Assembly: GCA_013115125.1 (NCBI GenBank)
Contig: JABANN010000125.1
Location: 1 to 64,000, forward strand
Length of the DNA stretch: 64,000 nt
DNA from: Perkinsus olseni
Lineage: Eukaryota
Reading direction: 5' to 3'
Of the stretch, positions 25,768 through 39,439 are shown in pieces. The notes below the pieces were generated by a model. It was not told the origin of the DNA, did no database searches, and saw nothing but the letters and a program-made list of their open reading frames with translations. A program made the position numbers and the translations under genes. Position 1 is the first letter of the stretch. Each line of letters starts with the position of its first letter.

Positions 25768-26282
25768 ATGTCAGTTCAACCTTCAAGAATCCTCGATCAC
25801 ATCCTATCATCACGATCTGATCTCAGCCTCAGGCTCTTTGCGCTCAGCTTGCTGACAGGGCACAAGCTACTGCACAAAGCGCTGGGTCTCGTAGAGAGTC
25901 GCGTCGTGACCAAAGTTGCCTACGGGGGAAGAGTATGTAGGCTCCAAACTCCAACGGAGCCTGTGCGCCTGCGATCCTACTCCGTGCAAGGTTCACTACT
26001 GGAGCCTGCGGGTGTATTCTCGGAGGCAGCAGAAGTGCCAAACATTCACTGTTCTAAGCTCAGGCGTATGCTGCTGCTCTCAAGGTTCCGCAGATAAGGT
26101 ACACGACAACATGCTGATAGCAGAATCACTCGTTCTCACTGTGAATCCAGATCATACCACTCGAGGGCGATCTCTCAATGCTTTGCATACACGAGCTCGC
26201 TGTTAGAATAGCCGCCAGTCTGCCGGAGGCATCGGAATATATAATAGAGGAAGGCGTAACCCACATGTTTCACAATGTTTGA
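25768..26282 (+). CDS. SWIM zinc-finger protein, ZSWIM7/SWS1-like, multi-exon
   Basis: Small protein with LLHKALGLVESRVV followed by a SWIM pattern CCCSQG...LCIHELAVRIA. Confidence 0.65.
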
Positions 26283-26504
26283 CCCTGGTGATGCATCGCT
26301 ACCTTAGATTCCAGACTTGTCCATCTGGGCCAATAAGTTAGCTGCCGGCTTCGGCGTTTATCGCGAATGATGAGATCACCAGCTGGTCTCGAAGACATGC
26401 ATCATGGTTGATGAATTTCATTCGTCCCACCGTCATGCTTGTGTACGTCAATTGTGCATCTGGGTAGCATCCCACTTCCCCAGGGCGCTTCCTCGATCGT
26501 CATA

Positions 26505-29145
26505 ATGCCGAGGCGACTCGTGAAACACGAAGAGCTCGACACTGCATGCGACCTTCCCGTGACGGTCGTCAACCTCTTCCGGATGGGGCTGGTGTGTGGT
26601 GTGCTCGCCGTCTACATTCCTCACTCCCTGTCCACCGAGATGGGAGATGGAGACTCTCCCGAGCTTCTCGCCAGTGCCTGCACGAACTCATTGTAAGCCT
26701 CAAAGATCCAAGCATCGACTCGTGAATCCTCATCAGACGGATGCCTTCCACTGGGGATAGCCATGCTGTACATCTCAGACCTCATCCTCCTGGGTACCCT
26801 CTCTACACGATACTGCTGCAGCTCTGGCTCGGCCTAGGCCTCAACCCTCACCTTCTATCAGCCTGCTTCGGTGCACTGGCCTCTGCTGCCGTCTTCGACG
26901 CGGTACTGTTACTGTCAATGACTGTATGCTCGGGAGCGCTCCCACTCATATTCGGCATCACAACCGCCGCTCACTACTCCCTTGCTACTCTGCGGTTCCA
27001 CACAGTTGTGGAAGTCTTCCCACTCAATTCTGCACTTCTCTCTTGGACATTCTATTTCGGCACTCGTTGGTTGCTCCGCTCTCCAGGTCAATGCCCATGG
27101 CAATGCGGTCTGCTGATGGGCCTGGCCGCCAGTAACCAGCATACTTCTCTACTGTTCCTCCCATCATTCATCTTCATAGCCCTGCGACGGTTACCCTGGA
27201 GTGCAGTGCTTAAGCTCGGCGTGTGCTTTGCTGTTGGTCTACTACCCTACATATACCTGCCGTTCCTTCAAGGAGAGATGTCATGGCCTACTGCGAGCAT
27301 GCTGAGGCACATCCTGAGGGGCGACTACGGTACACTCAGCCTTGGCAGCGCAACCAACCCTCATGCTAATGATGATAGGGTAACGCTAATCGCTGTCGTT
27401 GGGGCATTCGTCGAAGACACAGGCATCCTCTCCCTATGCCTTGGGATACTCATGAGTGTTGTAGCGCTGCGCTGCGAGACTAATGTTCGTATTATCACCT
27501 TGGTCTGTGTAACCAGCTTCCTCATCTACTTGACGGTGTTCTCCTGGATGGCGAACTTGAGCCTCGAATCGAGCCTACTGCGGAACTCTGTATATCCTAG
27601 GTTTTGGGTGCAGCCCCTCCTTCCTCTACACCTAATCACCGGCGTGGGCTTGGCGACCCTCTGGGGTAGTGGCCGGAGGATTGCCAAGGCGCTGGCCTTG
27701 TGCCTAGCTTTTGTCTGGGGTATAGAAGGACTTGCTCACCATTTACCGACAGACCTCGCTCACTCGAGAGTTGACTACTACTCTAGTTTCTTGCAGGTGG
27801 GCACTCGATTGGCGGTACTGAGTGAACACAGGTCTTGGGTGCGTTCTCCTTTGGGTCTCTCGAGCATAGCCGGTCTCTCGTAACCCGTCACACGAAAGTG
27901 GTTATTGACAGCTCTGCAATTCAGGCTCTCCCTCCGCGGTCTGTCGTGGTTACCACAGGCGACATGCCGGCCTATGCAATGAAGTACCTCCTCGGTTGCA
28001 CTGCAAGACGCAGCGATGTCCGCACAGTGTCCGAGGCCGAGCTATCGTCGAGGTATTGGTGGGAGAGCAGCCAGCGGAGGCATATACTGCCAGGACTCAG
28101 TACGCAGCCTTCCTTAGGCCCTACTTGCTCACGGCTGTGTTCCGGTCTGCCGAGGACCTTCATTCAGGTCACCTCCCTGTCCCCAACAGCGCTGAGAATC
28201 TCAAGATACTGATGACCACCGCATTGCGAGAAAATCGCCCACTGTAGGCATGACCATCCCACCAGCGGCTCGACCCTACTTACCGTGGAGAATTGTCAGA
28301 TTCTTCGTTCATTTGCCATCCTTCATGTCGGCTGGCTATGCCCCCGACTATTTCGGCCCCGACAGACTTGTGCAAGGACTCACCCTTTACCCTACAGGCC
28401 CAGCTATTCGGGTATACCGACTTGAGCTGCGGTGCTTATCCTTTTGAGCTAGAACCTATTACATTTTACTTTTTCCACTATGAGGTCTGGTAGTGAGGAC
28501 GGCAGGTATATGCTACTGAGGCAGCACCGAAGACTTGGAAAGCACTACGAGATTATCAGAGAAGGCTGGCCCAGAGTGGCTCGATCTTCGAAGGCCATGA
28601 GCTCAGAGAAGGTGAGAGAACAGCATTGTGCACGGCCGGAAGTTGCTTTCAGGAACTTTCGAAGCAGCCCTATTTGCTCGGCAATGTACTCAGTTCGAGT
28701 ACGGAATGGCCGCTCTATTACAGTTCGATGCTACAGCGGAAGACTATGCAGCACTTGCGCAAGATGTAGAGGGTTGGATTGCTCAGTGTGATGAGTGAGA
28801 CATCGGGGACTTCACATTCTTCCATACTTGCCAAATGGCATGTCCCTCAGCGCCTCTTTGCTGGATCCTCATACTGGGCTGGCTACTGCCTCCTTGCGAG
28901 TGTCCCCGGAGAGTTGGCGAGCGATTGGCTGGATATTCTCAAGGTTGCCTCAGGGCGAACGAAAGGCAGCTCTTTATCTGGGTGAGCTTTCGATCGATCC
29001 CACCGCTAGTGGATGAATGTCTTCAGAGCGTTACCTACAGTTTGTCGACGAGTTGGACGTCGGCAACCCCGAGATAGAGCGCATTAGAGACTACGTTGCC
29101 GCAGTGCAGAGGCTAATCCCTGACAAATCCAATATATCAGTGTGA
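26505..29145 (+). CDS. TMEM260/DUF2723-like GT-C membrane glycosyltransferase (putative protein O-mannosyltransferase), multi-exon
   Basis: GDGDSPELLASAC, HPPGYPLY, EVFPLN, GLAASNQHTSLL, GLLPYIYLP, HILRGDYGTLSL, LPPRSVVVTTGD; many transmembrane segments. Confidence 0.85.
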
Positions 29146-29735
29146 ATGGCATGCTGCTGGTGTTGTGAACATTCTCTACAATCCCTAGGGGACCGGGTTG
29201 ACTAGGCTGGTGGCACGGGTTTCACTTCACTCGCCGTGGGAACTATCGCCTCTTATCGGCTATCTACTAGCGAACCCGATGAAGTCTCGCCAACTGGGAA
29301 ACTCACAACGCAACTTGATGTTTGCAATTGACTGAACTGCTGTTCTATTGGAAGTAACAGCCATTGGGCAGACCACAATGATACCACAAAGGAATGGTAC
29401 GATACTGAAGACTCTCACTGACTGTCATATCACCATCGAATAGCAATGTTGCAATAGTACTACTCACTCATAGAGAAGAGGAATATACACCATACACTCC
29501 TCCACCAAACAACAACCGTCACTGCGCCACGAAATCATCACAACAGCCTCGGTAGCCAACAGTAAGATGAATCGAGAGCGTTTATAGCGCAACTATAAAG
29601 TAGCGCATCAACGAGCGGCTGCTGTTGGCATCACGCGACCATCAAGGTCAGGGAAGAATGGCTGTTGAACTCAGGTCGAGGGCGACGGCGAAGTTGTCTG
29701 ATGAGGGGAGGCGGCGGCAACTAGCGCTGATGAGA

Positions 29736-30165
29736 TCACTCGAGGAGAGGATTCTTGCGGATGGGGTTCATGAGGGGTACCATCTGGTGCATGTACACGA
29801 AGGCCCAGCTGAGATAAGGAGAGAACGATAAGAGTTAACAGGGGAAACTGCCACTTACAACATCCACATGCAAATGGTCGTGAGCCACACAAGCAAGATG
29901 GAAAGTCTGATGCCTGAGAAAGCGAGGACATCATGTCCAGTCAGCAGCAGTTGGACGCGTACTCTCGCCCTTGGTGATCTTTGGGGTCTCCTTAGCAAAC
30001 AGGATGGGGGCCACGAAGGTGAACACTACGCCCAATACAGCAAATATGATGGTACCAGTGATAAGACCTGCGAACAAACAGAAATAACCGGAGGGATAGG
30101 GGGGAGTGCCGCTTACCAGGAGCATGGAATCCGAGAGAAGCGGGAGCTGCGGCGATGGCACTCAT
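29736..30165 (-). CDS. V-type H+-ATPase V0 subunit e, 3 exons
   Basis: Small two-TM protein: GLITGTIIFAVLGVVFTFVAP...LVWLTTICMW...WAFVYMHQMVPLMNP, matching the subunit e/Vma9 C-terminal motif. Confidence 0.85.
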
Positions 30166-30986
30166 GGTGATGTAGACAGTTCCGAAGAAATTTGTGAAAG
30201 CAAAAAAACTCCTATACGGTATGATATCGGCACGAATCTTGTCCATCTCTCGAGCCCGAGGAGAGTAACCCGGCGCGTTCCATTGATCCTCCCTTCGCGA
30301 CCGCATTGACGATTGAGTTGAACGCGAGGAGAAACGATCGCGGTAGCGTTGTTGGGACTAAAGGAATATGCCCATTTTCAAAATCTCGACCTAAGCCCAG
30401 CTTAGTGTACTGTGCTGATTGAGAAATTGCAAGAGTGCAAGATTCTCATTTCTCCGTCCCAGCTGAGACTCTCAGCCTAAGGCCGTCATGGCTGAGGCGG
30501 GAGGCGGAGCGATATTGCTGAGAGATCTCATCTGCGCATCTTGAAGTAGATCTCGCCCATTATACGAGTTCGTATCTTGCCGTCAACGACACTTGTCATC
30601 ATTGTGCCATCCCGTCCGCTCATCTGTCAAGCCCAGTGCACAAGCGTTCAAATGACAGGCCTGTCATCAGTGAGTAAGTCCAATCTCGTCGCGTTGATGT
30701 AGCCGAGGTTGTAGCCGCAAACCTGCACATCACGCCACGTTACGATGTTGCGGGCTCCCTGATCGGAGGTTCGGCTAGCACATGGAATTGAGTCCCTGTT
30801 GTTACGGACATTCTCTGTGCCCTTCCGAGCAGCGGAGCGATAGCGTTGTGTTCAGTCTGCCATACATCGTTTCGTATCTCCTCTATACCCATGCCGAACA
30901 CCACCGTATACCCACCTGCACATCACATCACAAGGGGGCGTCATCGCGAGCTAACGACGAGAGATTTTCGCTTCGAAACACCACCG

Positions 30987-33900
30987 ATGAGTAGCCGAAG
31001 AGCTCGGTACATCGAAGCACAGATGAGGAGCCGCACAGTAGGAGTCTGCTAGGCCCAGTCGTTGGTGAGTTATCTGTTCTAGATTTCACGAAGGCCGCTG
31101 ATGACGGGTATCCCTGAGAGGTAACGCTATCTCAATCGTGAGAAATTCGAGCCTTGAAAATGGATTCTGTCAGCCTGTCGCCTCCAAGGAGAAAGAAATC
31201 GCCTGTCCGAGATGATAGTGGGCTCGGAAGACGAGGTCGTCCAGCTGAGAGGTTCTGCCGTCAGGTGACCTCATCGACAGTTGCCGAGGTACGCCCCTCC
31301 ACGATATGTACCTCGAGGCGGAGCAGCTGCTACTGGGACTGGTAGACAGTCCTGATGAGCGATCAGTGATGCTCAAGGAAGTGAGGGCTTCCCGAGTAGG
31401 AGTCTATCACGTTGCTCTCCAGGCTTTGACTAGGCTGGTAGAGGCTGGGGCCGCAGAGCTAGTGAGACGCGCGAAGGTTAGCTCTGGGCAGGCAATTGAA
31501 GCAGACGGTCCGATCACGTTTCAGTTCGACGAGGAAACCAAGCGCCAGGAGGAGTCAGCGGAGAGGCGCAAGGTCCGAGAGGCTACGAGGCGAGCTAAGG
31601 AAGAGTGCCTCATGGGTTGGAGCCTGATGCACGGTGACTCGAGGTAGTAGCACCGTCCAACGGGCTGTAAGTTCGCCCTCCTACTTCAGCGTCCTTGCTT
31701 ACACTAGCTCCTCCTCTGGCGGCTCCAACGGTCATCCTCGTGCCCAAATACGCCGGTCTTCGCGTCGCCAGAGGGCTCGGAAGGCCGCCTAGCTCCTGCC
31801 GGAAGGCGAGCATCATCTTTATATGAGCCGAACCACTTGGGTTCTCCTGAAGGGACTTCACTGCTCCAAGAGCAGATCATGCTTAGCCTATTCAGTATCT
31901 ATATTCATGTATCACCCTATCTATATAATACACATCGCTGCCCAAATGGCCACCAAATGCCATGTCTCTTTACTCGAGAGAGCCCTTGCGTCTACCCAGA
32001 GAGTCAATACCTACCTAGCGGGGACAGCCGGGGCACTGCTGACTTGATTGACAACCTGAGATGTCGAACATTACCTCAACCATCGATATAGGAGATGGAG
32101 ACGGCTGGGTCTGCGGTCACCACTGTGCGCTTTTCGACTGGGATTGGGGTATCCGAGTCATTTGGCAGTGCTTCCTGGTAACCCGCCTGCCACCGCTAGG
32201 CAGCCCCGTGATCTCGTTCAGCAGGTGTGGCTCATCGTGACCTCGGCGGGACTGTTCTTAACACAAGCCATGAGATGGGGCAACACGTCGCTCGAGAAGT
32301 TCAAAAGACAATTACACGTTGCCGAAGTAGCTACAGCTGGTAGCAGCAGCTGGTCATCGGCCACCTCCGTAGGGATATACTCGAGGATCTTACCTCTACC
32401 TCGGCTTCGTTATAGTAGGGTCCCTCTACCAATGCTGCATCTTCGCTCAACAATCCTATACATGGCACATCCACACGTAAGTTGGAGCTCTCCTCGAACG
32501 CTGTCCTCATCTCGCTTCCCTCAGCTTCTCCTACTCTATCAACTTCTTCATTGCTGTATTATACGGTTTGGAGACCATAATGTTGTGGCTACTGTATATC
32601 ACACAAGGAACAGCTGTATTCCTGAAGCACTCGATCAGCTCGGTAGGGCACACCCACGGAGTACTGCGATTCTCTACTCGTCTCCTAGGGCGAAATGGAG
32701 AGAATCCTATTCCTAGTCTTCACGTGTATGATACTATAATGTACATTTCGCTAGATACCCTTTTTGTAGGTACTCATCGCAGTGTTCGTTGTGGTGTCGG
32801 TGGTGGGCCAGTCCATCTGGGTCGATGACTACGGCCTCAAGACTTGGTTCTCCTTCGCCTTCTTCGCTAGTCTGCGAGTCTTCCAGAACTGGCACCTCTT
32901 CTTAGCAAGCGCAGGCTTCCACAGCGCCGGGATAAACATGCAGGTGAGGCCTTGGCCCCCTCTCGGGAGAGCTGCGTCTAACCCAGGCTGAACTTTCGTA
33001 TCGTGTTCGCCACGTGCCGTTCCTCAAGAGAACTGTTCACACATGCTGCTCCATAGCGTAGTGGCGTTGGAACTCCATTCAGATAGTAAACGTCTGCATC
33101 GGTGCAGTATGCTGGGTCTACTTCACTTCGTGTCTGGTGATGACCTTGGAGAACCTCGAAGTAAAATGACAGCAGCACGTATACCAAAGCTGTGGTGTCA
33201 CCGTCCGAACTCTCGTTCAGGATCCCAAGTGGCTCTTAGTACTCCAACCTACTCCGCGGAGTTGGACTCTGACCTCATCATTCTACTTCATCATGGTCAC
33301 CATCTCCACTGTTGGCTATGGAGATCTCAGCCCTAGCACAGTTCTGGGACGGGTGGTCGCCATCTGTAGGAGCCGTAGCATCCTCGTCCTCACTGGACAG
33401 CCTTCTACCAGGGACAATCCTCGGAGGAATCGCCGCCTTCTCCTATGCCGTCAACAAGCTTCTCGAAGTCTACGGCCTCACTAGGTCCGGTCGAGGGCGA
33501 TACTCACTCAAGCGACGCTACCGTCACATTGTTGTCGCGGGTGAGGCTCTCTGTGTCCGCCGCTCCTACAGTATCGTCACCGCTGGTGGAGGTACTCCTT
33601 CTACTGAGATGCTCAAGGATTTCCTGTCGGAGATCTACCACTCGGATCATGCCGATGATAGCGAAGATCTGGAAGTTGTTCTACTCTTCCCTGGTCAGGG
33701 TAGCGTCATGCAGTCTATGAGCGAGTAAGCCACCTCGCTGTTGCTGGTGAGCACCTACAGCCACGGATTGCTAGAAGCTTTCCTTATACATCGTGTTGTA
33801 GTCTACAACAGTCCACAACTTGCAGATGGTATAATCGCCACGTCTCTCAGCGCAAAGGGCGCTTCCGACTGTCACGCAAATTATACACAATGGTGGCCTT

Positions 33901-36900
33901 CAAAACTCTTCCAGTCGCCAGCTGCAGCGGTCGTCCTTAGTGTGGAGTCCTGAGCCTTCTCCCAACGTCGCAAGCTGCTCACAGCCACGACTCAGCTCCT
34001 ATGAGCAGATACCTCCGACAGAAGGAAAACGTACACATGCGGTCGAGAGTGTACACCTTGCAGGGAAGCCTGCTAGAGGCAGCGGACATGCGCCGTATTG
34101 GAGCCACGCAGGCCGAGGCCTTCTTCATCGTCCCTAGCATCTTCTCCTCTAATCCTGTAGGCAGCGTTGCTGATACCTGTGGTATGCCATCACCCAGTTT
34201 GCAGGTCCAGGACGACACAGAAAATCTTGTACGAGTGTTTTCGGTTCGACGATATAACCCAACTGCAAGGATTATTGTTCTCCTCCACAAGGCCGAGCAT
34301 AAGGACATTCTCGGCAGTGAGATGCTATCCGGTGCCTCTCCCGATGTACGATCATCAGCCACGTCGCTGTACATCACTCACTGCTCTGCCGTATCTTAGG
34401 TTGAAGGTGAAGATACGTCGGAGCTCGCAACGTTGATTTGCATCGACCAGTTCAAGCTAGAGTTGATCGGGAAAACTTGCCAAGTGCAGTCTCAGACCAA
34501 ACGCCGTTGCTCGGGTTGAGGAATCGTCAGGTGCCCGGCTTCTCCAGTCTTATCTGTAACCTTTGTACGTCGGTGAGCGATACAGAATCCCCGGAGGGGA
34601 CACCACAGTGGTTGAGAGAGTATGATGCCGGGCTTGGCAACGAACTTTACGAGGTCGTCGTGGCACTGTGCGCAGCCGTGATGGAGACTCTCCTTCCAGG
34701 TCCCGCTATCTCCTGCGTACTATGGGCAGCAATTTGGTCGCTGTTGTTTGGACGTCCTCAACCGTAGCGAGAACCATGACGTTTATCTAATAGGTCAGGC
34801 TATTGCCATCACACTCTCCTCGCCCGGCCACTGGCCGAAAGGACACTCTAGTACTGATAGGCCTCGTGGAGGGCAGCGCCGGCGACAACGGAGGGAAGCT
34901 CATCACGATCAATCCAGGGGCGGACTATCTCGTCGTGGACTCCGATGAGAATACTGGCGTCTACGGCATCTTCATAGCGAGCGATCGTGATGCCATCGTT
35001 CAGAAGGGACGCCGTAACAGACTCGAGCGCATCATCCGCTAAACCACTCCTCGCCCTCATCGTACAGGTCGCCGTAGCGCCGATCCTGGAGATGATTACA
35101 GTGAGGAGGTGTCCGAGGCCAGTACACTTTCGGACCCCCTCGGCCGACCACATGAGAATGCATCTTACAAGTTAGGGACAGCCGAACGCAAGCAACGACG
35201 AGTAGGGACTGCCAGAGAGCGGCTGTGGCGATCTGCCCTGTAGGGCGCCACCAAGAACAGCGCGAAGTTGAGGATGAGCGAATCCATGAACAAGATAGCG
35301 ACGCTAGCAAAGGAGGCCAACTTCCATATGATGTCGATCGCACAGCTGGCTAGAACCCCGCCCAATATCAAGCAGCTGGTATTCCTGGACAAATTAGAAA
35401 AGGTCCGTCTACCAGTGGCACTGCTCGGCGAGGATGTACGCCATGCAGGCCTCGAAGGTTCCCCCGGCAGCACCCGAGGACGTGTTAGCCCAAGGTGGCC
35501 ATGTTATACTGGCCGTCGCTGGAGGGGCGTCGGCGGCCAGGGAGGGAGAGAGTCAGTTGCCTCCAACAGTCGGATGGTTATCAGTCATGCGGCGTCAGGT
35601 GCCAAGATAGGACTGGAGCATTTCGTATCACCAATGCGGGCTGCCTACTTCGCCGAGGCCATCCCTATCGTCGTCCTCGCTCCCTTCATACCAATGGACT
35701 GGAATACAGTAAGCCGCATATCGATGCTGAGCTGGTCACCTGATGCTCTATCAGGTGGCGAGATTTCCGGAGGTCTACTTCGTCCAGGGCTCAGCGTTAT
35801 CACTATTTGACCTCGAACGGGCTAACTTCCGCCAGGCTGCCACGATTCTCGTATCTCAACTGGGATCGGTATTCCCTCTCTGCCCTTCCTAGCCGCTATG
35901 CTGTAGTCCTTGTTGCAGACCAAACCGAGTGGATCCGCCCAGGATCCCTACATGGTAGACGCCGAAGCGATCTTCACGGTTAGGCTCATCGAGAACCACC
36001 TGCCCAAGGTCAGCACCTTCATGTGTGCTGCTGTGAGTGAGTTCGGCCTTCCAGGGGTCGGAGACGGTCGTGGTGGTTGAGTTGGTCTTTGACGAGAACT
36101 ACCACTACTTGCCACACTCCGCCAACCTACGTGGGCGCCCAGCCACGCGCGAAAGCGAAGGGAGGCCATCAACGGCAGAGTCATTGGGCCTCCGCGGCGG
36201 CCGTGTGCGGCAGAGAAGTCCTCCTCGTGTCCGTCAGGCTGGTCGCCTTCTTAGATATCTGGATTCTTCCGGAAGAGCATGAATGCAATAAGGCGGTCTA
36301 CCCGTTGTAAGTGGCCTGGTCGGTACTCCCTGGGAATGCCGCACTCCTCATAGACGCTCAAGCGGGGACAGGCGACCCCGTGCCCGAACCCTCTACGGAC
36401 GCCACACCGACTGTCGTACTTCCCATCAGACAGGTGAGGCGGCGTCAGCAATCACCTCCCGCGTCGAAGGCTAAGACTTACCCCCAGGCGAAATATGCTC
36501 AACCCGAAGAGTATTTTAGACAGCCCAGGTTCGCCTGTGGTCAATTGTACGTTGGGTCTGTAGTGACCTCCTTGGTCGCCAACACCTTCTATAACCCGAG
36601 CTTGGCCCAACTCGTGCAGCAAATGATATCCAGCCGCATACTCATGGTACGCCGCGACTCTGCTGCCCCGTCGACACCCGCCGGGTTTCCAGGTTATCCT
36701 GCCTACCGCATGGGCTGGCCGTTCTTATCTTGACCTTTTCCAGCATCTCATACTGGACAGGAACCTTCTCGCTATTGGACTTTTCCGAACCGCTGAGCCA
36801 GCCAGCGTAGGTTTAAGTCACGGGCCGACAAGAAGGCCCCCCTGGCTGCGGCCCCCGACTTTAAATGACGGCTGTGATTCGAGGTTCGTCCTACTAGTGC

Positions 36901-37399
36901 TGGAGCTGCCTCTACCGGGACCGATACGCGGCCCAACACATCTAGCAGTCAAGGTAGTGCTCCCTTGGTCACGGAATCTTGCAACGGCATTCTTTCTCTT
37001 TCAGAGTCTCAGTACCGGAGGTAATCTCGAAAAGACGACTCTATACTAACATCGATCATCATCGTCAAGGCTGAGGACGATGCGACCCTCGATCCTGGTG
37101 TCTTGGTCAGGAGGGTAACCCGTCTGTCTTTCAGTCATTCATACGTCTACACCGCACCAACCGCCATGACATTACTGGTGGAGACCGATCAAATACTATG
37201 TGTTTGCGTGCCGACTTCGGACGATGCAGAGATCGAAGACCTTTTCGAGACGGTGGGTTCGAACGCGGTTGTTTGGTTGCGGCTAAGGCCCCGATGTACA
37301 CGATTGGCGAGTAGAACCAATCTCACCTGGCCGAGATGACATCGCATTTTGTAATATTTTGTCTCGCAGGATGAAGCTGCACTGGACATGGCCATTTAG
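30987..37399 (+). CDS. Calcium-activated (BK/Slo-type) potassium channel, multi-exon
   Basis: Pore MVTISTVGYGDLSP. RCK1 HIVV.G, FLSEIYH, QGSLLEAADMRRI. RCK2 FVSPMRA, FVQGSALSLFDLERAN. C-terminal RFACGQLY...NTFYNP. Confidence 0.9.
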
Positions 37400-37756
37400 A
37401 GCTAGGGATTGACGATGTATGTTCCTCCACGTAAATTACGACTGTCTCCCGCCGCACTAGTCGTTGTGCTATATCCATCTTTCAAATTCTCTCTCTTGGT
37501 CGCTGAGGTCGAGCGAACGAGGCGAATAACGTTAAGCCTCCCTCGTAACGTCACCAAAATCAGTTCATTGCGAGTTTAGTTGTTCTGGCCTGGATCCAGT
37601 AACTCTCCACGCTCTACACGCATAACTCAACACAACGGAATACTGTTCTGATAAGAAGCTGTCAAGAGGGAGAGCTGCGAAAGGGTATTGCTTTTTGCGA
37701 GGCCTCTTTTCGCAGACACTTTCAACAAGAGTATTTAGCTTAAAACGAATACTCGG

Positions 37757-38652
37757 TTACTCAGTCATAACCTCGTGTTTTTCCCTCCAAAGCTCAACAG
37801 CGGGATGGGAATCGATGGCAGCGAAGACGTGCGCTAGCTTCTTGTAAGAGGGCAACAGATCTTCTGGAAGGCCGGTGACAAAGGGGAGGTTAAGCACCTC
37901 GTAAACACCGTACAGTGCCTACACGGACAACTCAATCACCATGACTTAGCACACAATCACCAGCCGACTTACGAGATCGGCAATGGTCAGAGAATCGCCA
38001 GTCGTGTATTCGTGATCTCCCATACGCTCCTCGATCTTGCTGAAGAAGAAGGGGAGGACCTTCTTGTACAGATTCTGAACACGGAAAGCAATATCGAACT
38101 ATTGTTCGCTTCATGGCGGAAAACAACGAAGATTCCCGTCGACAGGGCTTACTTCCTGAGCGGCCACCTTTTGCTCTCCTTCAGGCGATTTCATAACGCT
38201 AATGATACTCGTCTGAATATCCTTGGCAATATCCATCATCTCATCAACACGCAATCTCCGCTTGAGATCAACAGGGTACAGACCAGTGGAGGGGTTGAGC
38301 TGAGCAGAACAACGCACATTCATAACCTAAACGAGAATCGCAGAGAACCATAGGAGGTGTTTCATCAGGGACTTACCGCTGCCACATACCGCATGATAGC
38401 GTGGTTCTGGGTGACTTGAGTGCCGTCCTCGAACTCGAGCACTGGCACCTGAGCGAGAGGGAACTTGCCGGACGCCTTCAACTCAGGCCAGTCCGCCTTC
38501 TGTATCCTCTCATCGATGAACTTGATGCCTGCAGGGTAATCAACTTAGCAGACCACAACATCCATTCAGAGAGCACTACCAGAGATGGCAAAGATGAATC
38601 TGATGGGGTCGGCCGGGCCTGCTTCGAAATAATAAAGCTTCAGAGCTGCCAT
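37757..38652 (-). CDS. Glutathione S-transferase (sigma-like), multi-exon
   Basis: MAALKLYYFEAGPADPIR, IKFIDERI..DWPELK...FPLAQVPVLE, TQNHAIMRYVA, GLYP....RLRVDEMMD. Confidence 0.9.
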
Positions 38653-39027
38653 GGCTTACAACGAATGGAAATAAGTTAGTAAGTGAGAATACTAAAGACA
38701 CGGGTCCTCTACACTCCTCTGAAGTCGACTCTTCCTCTGTAAAGCCAGAGGAGGTCTTGGCATGGTCATCAAGCGTGATGAGTTATCACCAACCCGAAAG
38801 CGTCCTCGGCTTTATCACCACTGACAACTCAGCCAAGAAACACAAGATCCTAGCGGGTTTACCACACCGTATCGAAGTTGTGTGCCGGTGTCCCGTTGAT
38901 TGTCGTCCGATCCAAGACTCATTTCGTTGTCACGAGTTCGCAGTTAACCCAACTAGATATACTCAATGCAAAGGATGTTGAAGTGAAATAGTAAAACGAA
39001 TGGTAAAGTGTTATGTAACAAGGAATG

Positions 39028-39048
39028 GTGTTGTTGTTGTTGTTGTTG
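39028..39048. repeat. (GTT)n microsatellite
   Basis: gtgttgttgttgttgttgttg in the intergenic region. Confidence 0.8.
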
Positions 39049-39439
39049 AAGGTTACCAACAAAAACAACAAAGCGGTAACCATCTATCATCTCGACAAAA
39101 AGAGCCTCACGAATTATTATCACAACAACAGAGATGAGAGCTACATTTGAGACACGTTGCCCGTCGTCAATACCCTATGACGAGCTGCTTGGTCGTAATG
39201 TATTGGTATACAACAAACGACGAGTGGTGGTCCAACGGACTACAATAAGGAGAGGAAGTACACTTACTGCTGCTGAGGAGGAGGAGGTCACTAAATACAG
39301 GTCACGCACAACGGCTAGAGGCTCTACAACAGAGAGAGGGAAGGGAACGCACCCGACGGTACGAACACTGATATCACTTTATGACGTTAAGAGAGAATGA
39401 CATGCTTCATCAACACTTGCGGGGCTCCACGTTCAGCCA

